Positions 1 to 7,062 of a stretch of DNA of 15,579 nucleotides are shown here, piece by piece; position 1 is the first letter of the stretch, and the number at the start of each line of letters is the position of its first letter. Both the position numbers and the translations under genes were made by a program. The DNA comes from Trueperaceae bacterium (GTDB taxonomy: Bacteria; Deinococcota; Deinococci; Deinococcales; Trueperaceae), in assembly GCA_040905465.1 (NCBI GenBank), contig JBBDRK010000065.1, positions 4,103 through 19,681 of the forward strand. Reading direction: 5' to 3'. The notes below the pieces were generated by a model. It had not been told where the DNA came from and ran no database searches. It was given only the letters and a program-made list of their open reading frames with translations.

Positions 1-273
1 CTTATGGAAGAGGTCGTTTTCAACGCCGACGGAGTCACAAGCGTCGACTGGGCCGACTACCCTCTCCTGACATTCCCGGAGGTACCCGAGGTTAACGTGG
101 TCTTGGTCAATCGACCGGACGTGCCGTCACTCGGCGCGGGTGAGGGCGCCACGGTGCCCGTGCCGGGAGCTATAGCCAACGCCATCTTCGACGCCACCGG
201 CGCCTGGATGCGCCGGGCTCCCTTCACGCCCGAGCGCGTCTTGGCTGCGATGCAGGCCTCGGAACAGGGCTAG
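1..273 (+). CDS. 3' end (partial) of xanthine dehydrogenase/aldehyde oxidoreductase family molybdopterin-binding large subunit (IorB/NicB-like)
   Basis: Frame open from position 1; C-terminal signature SLGAGEGATVPVPGAIANAIFDATG...PFTPERVL with the catalytic-type Glu of GxGE; DWADYPLL motif; followed by xdhC and mocA-like genes. Confidence 0.9.
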   Translation, partial: LMEEVVFNADGVTSVDWADYPLLTFPEVPEVNVVLVNRPDVPSLGAGEGATVPVPGAIANAIFDATGAWMRRAPFTPERVLAAMQASEQG

Positions 274-287
274 GCGCGGACGTACAC

Positions 288-316
288 GAGGCGTGGGCCC
301 CGGTGGCCCACGCCTC
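288..316 (+). terminator. GC-rich hairpin, possible terminator or mRNA-stabilising stem
   Basis: Perfect 12-bp stem GAGGCGTGGGCC (288-299) / GGCCCACGCCTC (305-316), 5-nt loop, 14 nt after the stop codon; only a weak tail (ATCTATT). Confidence 0.55.
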
Positions 317-418
317 ATCTATTGGGAGCAGCTTTGTACAATCGGCCAATGAAGTCAGCCGGACGGTCCAGCAACCACCTGAATCGTGAGTCTTTGCCAT
401 TGCGGCCGGGGAGTGCGG

Positions 419-1606
419 GTGTCTGAGATCGGCGAACTGGTAGCGGCGTTCGACGGGGCACGGGCCGCCGGCAAGCGCCTGGCGCTTGCCACCGTCGTCG
501 ATGTGCAAGGGCCGGCATATCGTGGCGAAGGCGCCAAGATGCTGATCGAGGAGGGCGGAGCCGTCTCCTGCATGATCTCCGGCGGCTGCCTCGAGGGCGA
601 GGTAGCGACGATCGCCGAACTGATAATCGAGAGCGGCACTCCCGCAATACATCGCTTCGATCTCGATGAAGACGTCCTGTGGGGTCTAGGTATCGGCTGC
701 GGAGGCTCAATCGACATCTATATCGAGCCGCTGGTGAGCGAGCCGGTAATGAACTCCTGGTTCGACGCTCTACGGCAGAAACGGCCGGCCGTCCTGGCGA
801 CCGCGATTGGCGGAAGATCCTCCGCGAATCTCAGCGGCGCGCCGCGCCGTCTTCTCCACTCGAGCGGGGCGGAACCTCAGGGAACGCTTGGCGACCGACA
901 GGCTGACGCCGCTGCCCTACAACTCGCCATGGGCAAGTTGGACCAGCGGCATCCGCGCCCCGAAACCAGATACCTCCCGCTGGCCGACGGCGGGTCGCTG
1001 CAGGTATTTTTCGACGTCAATCTGCCACCGCCCCGACTGGTCCTCTTCGGCGCAGGGCACGACGCCATCCCTCTCGCGGAGCAGGCGGTCAAGCTCGGTT
1101 TCGAGGTCACGGTGGTAGACGCCCGGACCGCATTCGCCACGGCAGAGCGGTTCCCCGGTGCCCGGATCGTCCTGTCTCAACCGGTGCGGCTGCGGGACCG
1201 CATCGCGCTCGACCACCGTTCCTACGCGGTGATAATGAACCATCACATCGAAAGAGACCGTGTCTGTCTCCGATTCGCCCTCGAATCGGAAGCTCCCTAT
1301 GTCGGCGTGCTGGGTCCGCTTTCGCGCTATCAGCGAATAAAATCCTTGCTGGCAGACGAGGGGTTCGAACCGAGCGAGGACCAGGAGAAGCGCATCTTCA
1401 GCCCCATCGGCCTGGACCTGGGCGCCGAGCCTCCCGAGGAGGTGGCGCTCAGCATCCTTGCCGAGGTGCTTGCCCTCCACAAGGGCCATCCGGGCGGTTT
1501 CCTTCGTGGCCATCCGGGAAAGATCCACTCCCGGGACACCGCTGCGAGCGATACGGACGCACCTTCCGCCGCGGCACCCGCTCCTTCGCGCGAGACCAGC
1601 CGGTAG
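419..1606 (+). CDS. xdhC: XdhC/CoxI family Moco sulfuration/insertion chaperone
   Basis: Motifs LATVVDVQGPAYRGEGAKM, ISGGCLEGEV, GLGIGCGG, LFGAGHDA, SPIGLDLGAEPPEEVALSILAE. Start moved from 386 to the in-frame GTG at 419, which has GGGGAG (408-413) upstream. Confidence 0.92.
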   Translation: MSEIGELVAAFDGARAAGKRLALATVVDVQGPAYRGEGAKMLIEEGGAVSCMISGGCLEGEVATIAELIIESGTPAIHRFDLDEDVLWGLGIGCGGSIDIYIEPLVSEPVMNSWFDALRQKRPAVLATAIGGRSSANLSGAPRRLLHSSGAEPQGTLGDRQADAAALQLAMGKLDQRHPRPETRYLPLADGGSLQVFFDVNLPPPRLVLFGAGHDAIPLAEQAVKLGFEVTVVDARTAFATAERFPGARIVLSQPVRLRDRIALDHRSYAVIMNHHIERDRVCLRFALESEAPYVGVLGPLSRYQRIKSLLADEGFEPSEDQEKRIFSPIGLDLGAEPPEEVALSILAEVLALHKGHPGGFLRGHPGKIHSRDTAASDTDAPSAAAPAPSRETSR

Positions 1607-1618
1607 CGAGAGTCGCTC

Positions 1619-2656
1619 GTGCCGCAGCTTCACGCCATCGTCATGGCAGCCGGCCAAGCCACCCGGTTCGGCGCTCACAAGCTGCTGCTCCCGGCCGGGC
1701 CCGGCCAGACGCTGGTCTCCAGAGCCGTGTCGGCCGCTCTCGCCGGAGCCGACGGAGACGTGGTCGTGGTGCTGGGCCGCGACGCGCGGCGGGTGCGCCT
1801 GGCGGTCACTCGCTCCTGCCTCGACGCCGATCCGCGAGCCGAATCTCGGCTGCGGTTCCAGGAGAATCCCGGGTACCGCGAGGGTCTGGGGACCTCGGTC
1901 TCCACCGGGGTGAGGCGCCTCATGGCGGAAGCAGGCGAAGCAGACGGGGCGATGCTGCTGTTGGGCGATCAACCGCTCGTGTCCGCGGAGCAGGCCAGGC
2001 TCCTGGCCCAGGCCTTCCGCGATCGCGGCGAGAAGGTGCTGGCGGTAGCAGCCGCCGCAGGCGGAAAGCGGCGCAATCCGGTGGTGGTGAGCGCGGATCT
2101 GTTTCCCGAGCTGCTGCGCCTGGCGGGAGCCGAGGGCGCCCGCTCGCTGCTGACGGAACGCCACCACCTGGTCGAGCGGCTAGATTTCGGCGACGGCCCG
2201 TGGTGGCACGATATCGACAGTTGGGACGATTATGCGGCGCTCGCCAGGTCGGCGGGATGGGAGCAGGAGAGCCGGAGCGAGCCGCGTCGGCTGGAGCTGG
2301 CCAGCCTGCCTTTGCCGGTGCGTAGCGGGCTCGAACGGCTGACCGGCTTGCCCACGCAGGTGCTGGCTCCCGGAGTCCTGTTCGCAACTCGAGGCAACGA
2401 GGTGGCCGACTTCGAGCTCCCGGCTGACGTAGACGGGCGGGGCGAGGGGTTCGTCGTGGTAGAGCTGTCGCGCTCGAAAAGCCGCGGTGACTCCCCGGGC
2501 GCCCCGGTGGTGGCACTCGGCAACGGCGGCACCGACGGGGAGTACCTCTCGTCTCTGCGCGCCGCCGCCCTATGGGCTCTGGCGAACTCCAGCTCGCGCA
2601 ACTCCGAATGCCCAAGCGCCACGGAGCCGAACTCCGCACGAACTGACGCCGGCTAG
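1619..2656 (+). CDS. mocA: MocA-like molybdenum cofactor cytidylyltransferase (NTP_transf_3 family) with ~130-aa C-terminal extension
   Basis: MAAGQATRFGAHKLL, NPGYREGLGTS, LLGDQP, GAEGAR, DIDSWDDY; AAG (not AGG) N-terminal motif; located after xdhC and a xanthine-oxidase-family gene. Confidence 0.8.
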   Translation: MPQLHAIVMAAGQATRFGAHKLLLPAGPGQTLVSRAVSAALAGADGDVVVVLGRDARRVRLAVTRSCLDADPRAESRLRFQENPGYREGLGTSVSTGVRRLMAEAGEADGAMLLLGDQPLVSAEQARLLAQAFRDRGEKVLAVAAAAGGKRRNPVVVSADLFPELLRLAGAEGARSLLTERHHLVERLDFGDGPWWHDIDSWDDYAALARSAGWEQESRSEPRRLELASLPLPVRSGLERLTGLPTQVLAPGVLFATRGNEVADFELPADVDGRGEGFVVVELSRSKSRGDSPGAPVVALGNGGTDGEYLSSLRAAALWALANSSSRNSECPSATEPNSARTDAG

Positions 2657-2670
2657 GCGGCGCCCCGGCC

Positions 2671-3651
2671 CTAACCGCCGATCGCTACCATCGTCCTCGG
2701 CCGGTCGACCGGCGTGGTGATCCCCGACTTCACCTTGCGATGCGCCGCAACCAGGAACATCTCCTGAATGGCGGTAACCGGATCTGCGGCCGCCAGGGCC
2801 GGCCGCAGATCCAGCTCACGGTCTGTCATCAGGCACGGACGCAGGTTGCCGTCGCTGGTCAGTCGCATCCGACTGCAGGCGCCGCAGAACGGCTCGGAGA
2901 CGGGATTGATGAAGCCGATCGCCCCCTGCCAGCCGGGAACCCGGAAGAGTCGGGCAGGAGCGCTGGGGTCGGTATCCACCGGCTCGAGCTCCCCGAACGC
3001 CTCCTCGACCAGCCCTCTTATCTCCCGGCCGGGCACGAACTGCTGCCGATACTCGTCATGTGCCGCGTTGTTGAGGTGCATGTACTCGATGTAGCGCATG
3101 TGGATCGGCTTGTCGCGTGTCAACTCGGCCAGGCCCCGGATCTCTCCGTCGTTCACGCCGCGGATCACGACGGCGTTCAGCTTGACCGGCTCGAGCCCGG
3201 CTTCCAGCAGCGCCTCTATTCCCTGCCAGACGGGCCTGATGCTGCCGCCGTTGGTGGCCTGCCTGAACACCTCGGGATCGAGCGCGTCGAGCGAGATGTT
3301 CACCCGGTCGAGCCCCGCGTCGAGAAGTTCGGGCAGACGGCGCGAAAGCATGCTGGCGTTGGTCGTGATGGCAACGTCGGCTACTCCTGCAACCCGCTTG
3401 GCATGCCGGATCATCTCGGGCAGCTCCTTGCGCAACAGCGGCTCACCGCCGGTGAAGCGCACCGAGCTCATTCCCAGGCCAACGGCGGCGTCGACCACGT
3501 TAGCGACGTCCTGCACGCTCACCGTGCCGACAGGATCGTTGTGTCCCATGCCCAGCGGGTCGCAGTAGGTGCAGCGGAAGTTGCAGCGAGGCGTCACGCT
3601 TATCCGCAGATCCTTCACCACTCTGCCGTGCTGGTCGACCAGGGTTGCCAC
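2671..3651 (-). CDS. moaA: GTP 3',8-cyclase MoaA (radical SAM)
   Basis: LRISVT, CNFRCTYC, TGGEPLLR, C-terminal cluster motif CGACSRMRLTSDGNLRPC, terminal IGG; GTG start with purine-rich AGGAAGG upstream. Confidence 0.97.
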   Translation of the reverse strand: MATLVDQHGRVVKDLRISVTPRCNFRCTYCDPLGMGHNDPVGTVSVQDVANVVDAAVGLGMSSVRFTGGEPLLRKELPEMIRHAKRVAGVADVAITTNASMLSRRLPELLDAGLDRVNISLDALDPEVFRQATNGGSIRPVWQGIEALLEAGLEPVKLNAVVIRGVNDGEIRGLAELTRDKPIHMRYIEYMHLNNAAHDEYRQQFVPGREIRGLVEEAFGELEPVDTDPSAPARLFRVPGWQGAIGFINPVSEPFCGACSRMRLTSDGNLRPCLMTDRELDLRPALAAADPVTAIQEMFLVAAHRKVKSGITTPVDRPRTMVAIGG

Positions 3652-3709
3652 TATGAGATCCTTCCTCTCGAGCCGTTCGTGTTCGGGCGGTCGCGTGAGC
3701 AGGCCGCGC

Positions 3710-4150
3710 TCAAGTCGTCGTCACAGGTGCCGACTCGTTCGAGAAGCACTCGACCCAGGCGGCATCCCCTTCGGCGTAGAACTCCTTCTTCCAGACCGGT
3801 ATCCGGCGCTTGAGTTCGTCGATGATGTAGCGGCAGGCGTCGAAGGCGTCTGCCCGGTGCGCCGAAGATACCCCCACCCAGACCGCGCAGTCACCGATCT
3901 CCAGGTGTCCTGCCCGGTGCACGCACGCGGCCCGGGCTATCGGATAACGCTCGACGGCCTCCTGCAGGATCCGCTCGCCCTCCTTGACCGCCAGCGCGTC
4001 GTAGGCTTCGTAGGCCAGCGACTTCACGACGCGGCCGTCGGCGTGATTGCGCACCTTTCCCTCGAAGGTGACGAACGCTCCTGCCGACGGCTCCTCCACC
4101 TTGCGGCTCCACTCGGCCACGTCGATCGGCTCTCGGGAGATCGCGAACAT
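3710..4150 (-). CDS. moaE: Molybdopterin synthase large subunit MoaE
   Basis: GAFVTFEGKVRNH, LAYEAY, HRAGHLEIGD, SSAHRADAF, IDELKRRIPVWKKE. ATG at 4150 lies 1 nt after the moaD stop; GTG at 4159 is an alternative start. Confidence 0.95.
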   Translation of the reverse strand: MFAISREPIDVAEWSRKVEEPSAGAFVTFEGKVRNHADGRVVKSLAYEAYDALAVKEGERILQEAVERYPIARAACVHRAGHLEIGDCAVWVGVSSAHRADAFDACRYIIDELKRRIPVWKKEFYAEGDAAWVECFSNESAPVTTT

Positions 4151-4151
4151 C

Positions 4152-4400
4152 TCAGCCACCTGCCACCGGGGCGATGAACGTTACCCTGTCGCCTTCCCGG
4201 ATCTCACGCTCCCAGGGCGCGAACTCGTCGTTGATCGCTACGCGCAGGGTCTCGACCGGCAGCGGGAAACCGTGGCGAGCCTTCAACTCCTGGTACAACT
4301 CGCCGGCGTCGCGCGCGGACGTGGAAACCAGTTCCTGGTCTCGCTTGCGAAACTCCCGGAAGATCGCAAAATAATCGAGGGTCACGCTCTTCCGATCCAT
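4152..4400 (-). CDS. moaD: Molybdopterin synthase sulfur carrier MoaD (82 aa)
   Basis: Last 82 codons of track ORF 4152..4934: MDRKSVTLDYFAIFRE...VAINDEF...GDRVTFIAPVAGG with C-terminal Gly-Gly; ATG overlaps the mobA stop (TGATG). Confidence 0.93.
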   Translation of the reverse strand: MDRKSVTLDYFAIFREFRKRDQELVSTSARDAGELYQELKARHGFPLPVETLRVAINDEFAPWEREIREGDRVTFIAPVAGG

Positions 4401-5065
4401 CAGTGCTCTCCTCCTGCACGCAGCCGGGCGACCGCCTGCTCGAACTCGTGGGGGTTGTTGGCGTTCGTCAACTCTTCGGGGCGAGCGCTCTCGACGAGCT
4501 GGATGCTCGAGTTCATCAGCATCTTCCTGGGGCAGCGGTAGCCCAGGTCGACGCCCTCGATGAGCCTCAGGCGAGAGCTGGGCTCGTAGATGGCGCACAG
4601 GGGCTCGGGCAGGCCGTCGTGTGGGCTCATGAAGCTGGTGGCGTGACGCCGGGGCAGTCGCTTGTCGAGCAGGGTCTGGACCGTGCTCGCCTCGACGAAC
4701 GGCAGGTCGCACGCCAGCACCAGCCACGCCGCCTTCGGATACTCGCTCATTGCCGAGAGGATCCCACCCAGGGGCCCCATTCCCGGGAACCGATCGGCGA
4801 TGTGCGGGAGCCGGGCCAGTGCCGGTTCCTCGGCCTGTTCCGGGCGAATCGACAGGAAGGTGCGTTGGCAGAAGCTGGACGCCAGGCGATAGAGAACGAC
4901 CGCGTGCGGCTCGCCGTGATACTCCAGAGCCCACTTGGGCCGGCCCATGCGGGTGCTCTTTCCTCCGGCCAGTACCAGGCCGTACAGGGGCGTCTCGACC
5001 GCCTCCTCCGCGCTCGCGGTCACCGCCCGGGCCGGGCCCGCGTTCTCGTCACGAACCGAAGTCAC
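4400..5065 (-). CDS. mobA: Molybdenum cofactor guanylyltransferase MobA
   Basis: GLVLAGGKSTRMGRPK, GPLGGI, WLVLACDLPF, EPLCAIY, NANNP; GTG start 5 nt after GGGGAGG, overlapping the moaC end. Confidence 0.92.
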   Translation of the reverse strand: MTSVRDENAGPARAVTASAEEAVETPLYGLVLAGGKSTRMGRPKWALEYHGEPHAVVLYRLASSFCQRTFLSIRPEQAEEPALARLPHIADRFPGMGPLGGILSAMSEYPKAAWLVLACDLPFVEASTVQTLLDKRLPRRHATSFMSPHDGLPEPLCAIYEPSSRLRLIEGVDLGYRCPRKMLMNSSIQLVESARPEELTNANNPHEFEQAVARLRAGGEH

Positions 5066-5516
5066 GCTTGCCTCCCCGCTTCCCGATCAGCCGAACTTCC
5101 TCGATGACGATCTCGTGCGACAAGGCCTTGCACATGTCGTAGACGGTCAGCGCCGCTACCGAGGCGCCCGTGAGCGCCTCCATCTCGACGCCGGTCTTGC
5201 CGTGCAAAGACACCTTGCAGTCCACTTGTACCTTGCCTTCATCGGTGAGGGTGATGTCGATCTTGCAATCTTCGATGGCGAGCGGGTGGCACAGGGGGAT
5301 CAGCTCGCTCGTCCTCTTCGCCCCCATGACCCCGGCCACTATCGCCGTCTGGAAGACGGGCCCTTTCTTGCTCTGAATGTCGTCTCCGCTTATGGCTCGC
5401 TGCACTTCCGGAGGCAGGAAGACCAGGGCGCGGGCGTGCGCGCTGCGCTTGGTGCTCGACTTCTCGCCGACGTCGACCATTCGCGAGCGATTCTTGTCGT
5501 CGACATGCGTCAGCAC
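5049..5516 (-). CDS. moaC: Cyclic pyranopterin monophosphate synthase MoaC
   Basis: LTHVD...MVDVGEK, KKGPV, LIPLCHPL, GKTGVEMEALTGASVAALTVYDMCKA, KRGGK; GAGGAG upstream of GTG. Confidence 0.97.
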   Translation of the reverse strand: MLTHVDDKNRSRMVDVGEKSSTKRSAHARALVFLPPEVQRAISGDDIQSKKGPVFQTAIVAGVMGAKRTSELIPLCHPLAIEDCKIDITLTDEGKVQVDCKVSLHGKTGVEMEALTGASVAALTVYDMCKALSHEIVIEEVRLIGKRGGKRDFGS

Positions 5517-6811
5517 GGTATCTCCTCGCCACGGCCGACTGCGTGTTCGCCCGCGGAGCCTGCCACCGCAGACCTCGAGCTCGCATGGCCGGCCCAGGCG
5601 TAAAAGGGCAGGTCGCTCCCCGCCGCAATACGCGGGACGTCTGCCCCGATCTCCACGAAGCCGTCGCTGCGGCCCAGGGACAGGAAATCACCGGAGGTGT
5701 TGCTCTCCACGGCGGACGCCTGCCGGGCGCCGGCGGGATCCAGGGCGACTGGCAGGAACCTGGTGAGCCCCGCAAGCCCCGAGATCTCATGCGAGATCGT
5801 CACGGTCGGTGGGCGGAGATCGGCGACTCCCGCCGCGCGCTCCAGGAACGGCAGCACGTAGCGGTAGAGGCACGTAAGGGTCGAGACCGGATTGCCCGGG
5901 AGAGCGAACACCGCCTTGCCCCCGCGCGTTCCGAACCACATCGGCTTTCCCGGACGCTGCCTCACCCAGTGCAGATGCTCCTGTACCCCGAGTTGGGCCA
6001 GCACCTCGGGTACGAAGTCGAACTTCCCCATCGACACGCCGCCGCTGAGGATGAGCATGTCGCAGCGCGTCAGGAGCGCGCCCAACTCGCTGCTAAGCGT
6101 CGCTTTGTCGTCCGCCAGGTGACAGCGGACCGTCTCCTGGTAGCCGCGTGATCCCAGTGCGGCATCGATTGCGTAGGCGTTCGAGCGGCGCACCTGATAC
6201 TCGGCCGGTTCCGATGCAACTGCCACCAGCTCGTCACCGGTCGAGACCACGGCGATCCGGGGAAGCGCGCTCACTCGCAGCGTCCCCTTCCCCATGGCGG
6301 CCGCGATTCCCACCTGCGCCGCCGTCAGGCGCACTCCGCTCTCGATGACCACCTCGCCGGCACGGCAATCGCTGCCCCTGGCATGGACGTTCTGCATCGC
6401 CGTTGCCTCGACACCTTCACGAAGCACAACCTCCTGCCCCTCGACTTCCACGTCTTCGATGCGGATGACCGCGTCGCAGCCGAGCGGAAGCACGGCACCG
6501 GTCATCACCTCGATGCAGTCGCCCGACCCTTCCAACCGCAACGGCGGTTGCCCGGCGGCCTGTACCCCCCGGCGACGAAGTACCCTCCTGCCCGTTCCCA
6601 ACGACCCCGATCCCAACGACCCCGATCCCAACGACGCAGTGGAGAGCGCGATTCCGTCCATCGTCACCCGGTGATAGGGCGGCTGGTCCCGGTCGGCTCG
6701 AATCTCCTCGCGCAAGACGCGTCCGGTTGCGGACTCGAGCGGGCAATCACACGTGGCTCCCGGGCTCGCATGCCCTGCCAGGATGCGGTCTGCCTCGGAA
6801 ACGACGATCAA
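5510..6811 (-). CDS. moeA: Molybdopterin molybdotransferase MoeA
   Basis: GRVLREEI, MDGIA, VMTGAVLPLGCDAVIRIED, STGDELV, SGGVSMGKFDFVP, RPGKP, LPGNPVS; TTG start 4 nt after GGAGGAG. Confidence 0.96.
   Translation of the reverse strand: MIVVSEADRILAGHASPGATCDCPLESATGRVLREEIRADRDQPPYHRVTMDGIALSTASLGSGSLGSGSLGTGRRVLRRRGVQAAGQPPLRLEGSGDCIEVMTGAVLPLGCDAVIRIEDVEVEGQEVVLREGVEATAMQNVHARGSDCRAGEVVIESGVRLTAAQVGIAAAMGKGTLRVSALPRIAVVSTGDELVAVASEPAEYQVRRSNAYAIDAALGSRGYQETVRCHLADDKATLSSELGALLTRCDMLILSGGVSMGKFDFVPEVLAQLGVQEHLHWVRQRPGKPMWFGTRGGKAVFALPGNPVSTLTCLYRYVLPFLERAAGVADLRPPTVTISHEISGLAGLTRFLPVALDPAGARQASAVESNTSGDFLSLGRSDGFVEIGADVPRIAAGSDLPFYAWAGHASSRSAVAGSAGEHAVGRGEEIPC
6591..6635. repeat. In-frame 15-bp tandem repeat (3 copies) inside moeA
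   Basis: CCCGTTCCCAACGAC (6591-6605), CCCGATCCCAACGAC (6606-6620), CCCGATCCCAACGAC (6621-6635); encodes SLGSG-SLGSG-SLGTG on the minus strand. Confidence 0.95.
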
Positions 6812-6905
6812 GCGACTCCTCCACCTCGAGGTCCCTGCCGCGCAGGGTGCAGTTACACATTCTTACCGTACCAAACGGCAAAAGCAGCTTCCTGTGCTAT
6901 CTCTC

Positions 6906-6914
6906 ATGCTACCA
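6906..6914 (-). promoter_or_regulatory. Candidate extended -10 element for the moeA operon
   Basis: Minus strand TG-G-TAGCAT fits TGnTAnnnT, about 95 nt upstream of the moeA start in the AT-richer divergent spacer; no clear -35. Confidence 0.35.
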
Positions 6915-6960
6915 CAGGCACCCGATTTCCAGGTCCGAGGGAGGCGCCGTTCGAGGACAA

Positions 6961-6969
6961 TGCTATGAT
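6961..6969 (+). promoter_or_regulatory. Candidate extended -10 element for the moeB-modABC operon
   Basis: TG-C-TATGAT, one mismatch from TGnTATAAT, about 95 nt upstream of moeB; no clear -35. Confidence 0.5.
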
Positions 6970-7062
6970 CCGCTAAACATGCCGGCAGGACCCAAACTGG
7001 GCCATCTACCCGTACGTCGAACGAGTTGACCGAACCAGCCGGTCGAACGAATAGACAGTCAT

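Noticed and set aside
2657-2670. Terminator at the convergent mocA/moaA junction
   Set aside because: Only a 14-nt GC-rich gap with short imperfect pairing and no U tract.
917-3813. Long antisense ORFs 917..2167 and 2740..3813
   Set aside because: Shadows of xdhC/mocA and moaA expected in high-GC DNA; no recognisable motifs.
4401-4934. 260-aa ORF 4152..4934 as an N-terminally extended or fused MoaD
   Set aside because: The extra part overlaps mobA in another frame and is Arg/Pro/Gly-rich noise; ATG 4400 gives a normal 82-aa MoaD coupled to the mobA stop.
6591-6635. 15-bp repeats as a CRISPR array or insertion scar
   Set aside because: Units are contiguous with no spacers, in frame within moeA, and there is no cas or transposase gene.
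6930-7015. Moco riboswitch in the moeA/moeB spacer (fragments TCCGAG, GCTATG, GGCAGG, CCCGTA on plus; GCCTCCC and GGAAA on minus)
   Set aside because: Fragments are not in a complete, correctly paired arrangement and the CCTAA and terminal GAAAGG elements are missing. An Infernal cmsearch with the Rfam Moco RNA motif model would settle it.
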